Positions 62,955-64,000 of a stretch of DNA of 64,000 nucleotides are shown one piece after another. The notes beneath the pieces are model-generated. The model saw only the letters and a list, made by a program, of their open reading frames with translations. It ran no database searches and was not told where the DNA came from. Position 1 is the first letter of the stretch, and every line of letters starts with the position of its first letter. This stretch comes from Eledone cirrhosa (taxonomy: Eukaryota). Made by a program: the position numbers and the translations under genes. The DNA is taken from contig CAXHJY010001600.1 of assembly GCA_964016885.1 (NCBI GenBank), positions 1-64,000 on the forward strand, read 5' to 3'.

Positions 62955-63598
62955 GAAAGCCTGCATGCTCCGATGGATGTGTAACAGTAATATACGTGAA
63001 CGACAAAGCATAAATGAATTGAGAGAGAGACTGAGCATAAGAGGAATCAAATGCTGTGTGCAGGAGAGGCGGTTGCGCTGGTATGAACATGTGATGCGTA
63101 TGAAGGATGACAGCTGCATAAAAAGGTGCAGAGTACTAGAAGTTGATGGAAACCGCGGAGTGGGGAGACCCAAGATGACCTGGGATAAGGTGATAAAAGC
63201 CGACCTTACCCAATTACACCTCTCAAAGACAATGACACATGACCGTGACTTCTGGCGTCACGCAGTAATACAGAGTACCCAACCTCCCATGGGTACATGC
63301 TGAAGCATATAATATGCCCCCCCACCCCCACCGCAAGGTGGTCGTGGAGGTGCCACAGCAAAAAAGCACCCAGCCCACACTGTAAAGTGGACGTGTAGGC
63401 ACCACGAAAAAGCACCTAGCACTCACTGTAAATGAGGTTGGTGTTAGGAAGGGCATCCATCTGTAGAAATCAAGCCAGATCAGTTCCTGTATGAGCAAGG
63501 CATGGTCAGCCGACCAGACACTGCACACAACAGGACAACCCGTCTAACCCATGCTAGCGTGGAAGAACGGACGTAAAACGGTGATGATGATGATGATG
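62955..63598 (+). mobile_element. 5'-truncated RTE LINE (RT C-terminus, 3' UTR, (GAT)n tail)
   Basis: MLRWMC...RRLRWYEHVMRM...GVGRPKMTW; homologous to 31030-31220. Confidence 0.9.
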
Positions 63599-64000
63599 AA
63601 AGGTTTTGAGAAAAACATATCCAAGATTATAGAAGACATATAGCATGCAAGAGAGATGATTGTTTTGATGTCAAGTGACGTGTAAGGAGAATCAGGGTTG
63701 TATAAAAGAGACGAGGTGTCACAATGGAATGCACTTAGTACCCACCTTTCTTAAAGTGATGAGTGAACAGAGCGAGACAACATAAAGTAGAGAGGAGTGT
63801 TTGGCCCTGTGAAGCACCTAGTTTTGGTGCTACAATAAACATAACTGGTACATTTTGTAAAATGTTTTGGAATAAGATGTACCCCAATAAAATGCACCCA
63901 ATTAACTCTATAACGTGTTAGTACAGTTAGTTGCCATGAAAATACACCCAGTTAACAGTAATTAGAGTGAAAATTGTTCTATAATATCCTTTTGCATTCA

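Overview
Eukaryotic, very AT-rich, repeat-dominated DNA with no recognisable host protein-coding gene. The repeat complement (tRNA-headed SINEs, RTE 3' UTRs ending in (ATG)n, giant (TA)n arrays) suggests a cephalopod such as Octopus (inference). The first ~30 kb is a compound (TA)n microsatellite carrying young retroelement insertions: two CR1/L2-group LINE families, RTE fragments and many Penelope-like element (PLE) pieces. The last ~30 kb is older AT-rich DNA with decayed RTE, CRE-like, Tc1 and piggyBac remnants plus SINEs. The main result is a dense set of type I hammerhead ribozyme (HHR) motifs: about 7 complete or near-complete and about 6 truncated or degenerate, from several families. 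They lie in short non-coding or 5'-truncated PLE-type inserts, many with fold-back (inverted) 5' ends. One HHR (1734-1813) is canonical and sits in a 481-bp terminally redundant unit. A pair (12890, 18420) shows base-pair covariation in an unusually long stem II. One 2.3-kb fold-back element also appears to have copied its own flank in inverted orientation. Most long ORFs in the supplied track are microsatellite artefacts. All analysis was by eye; no searches or folding computations were run.
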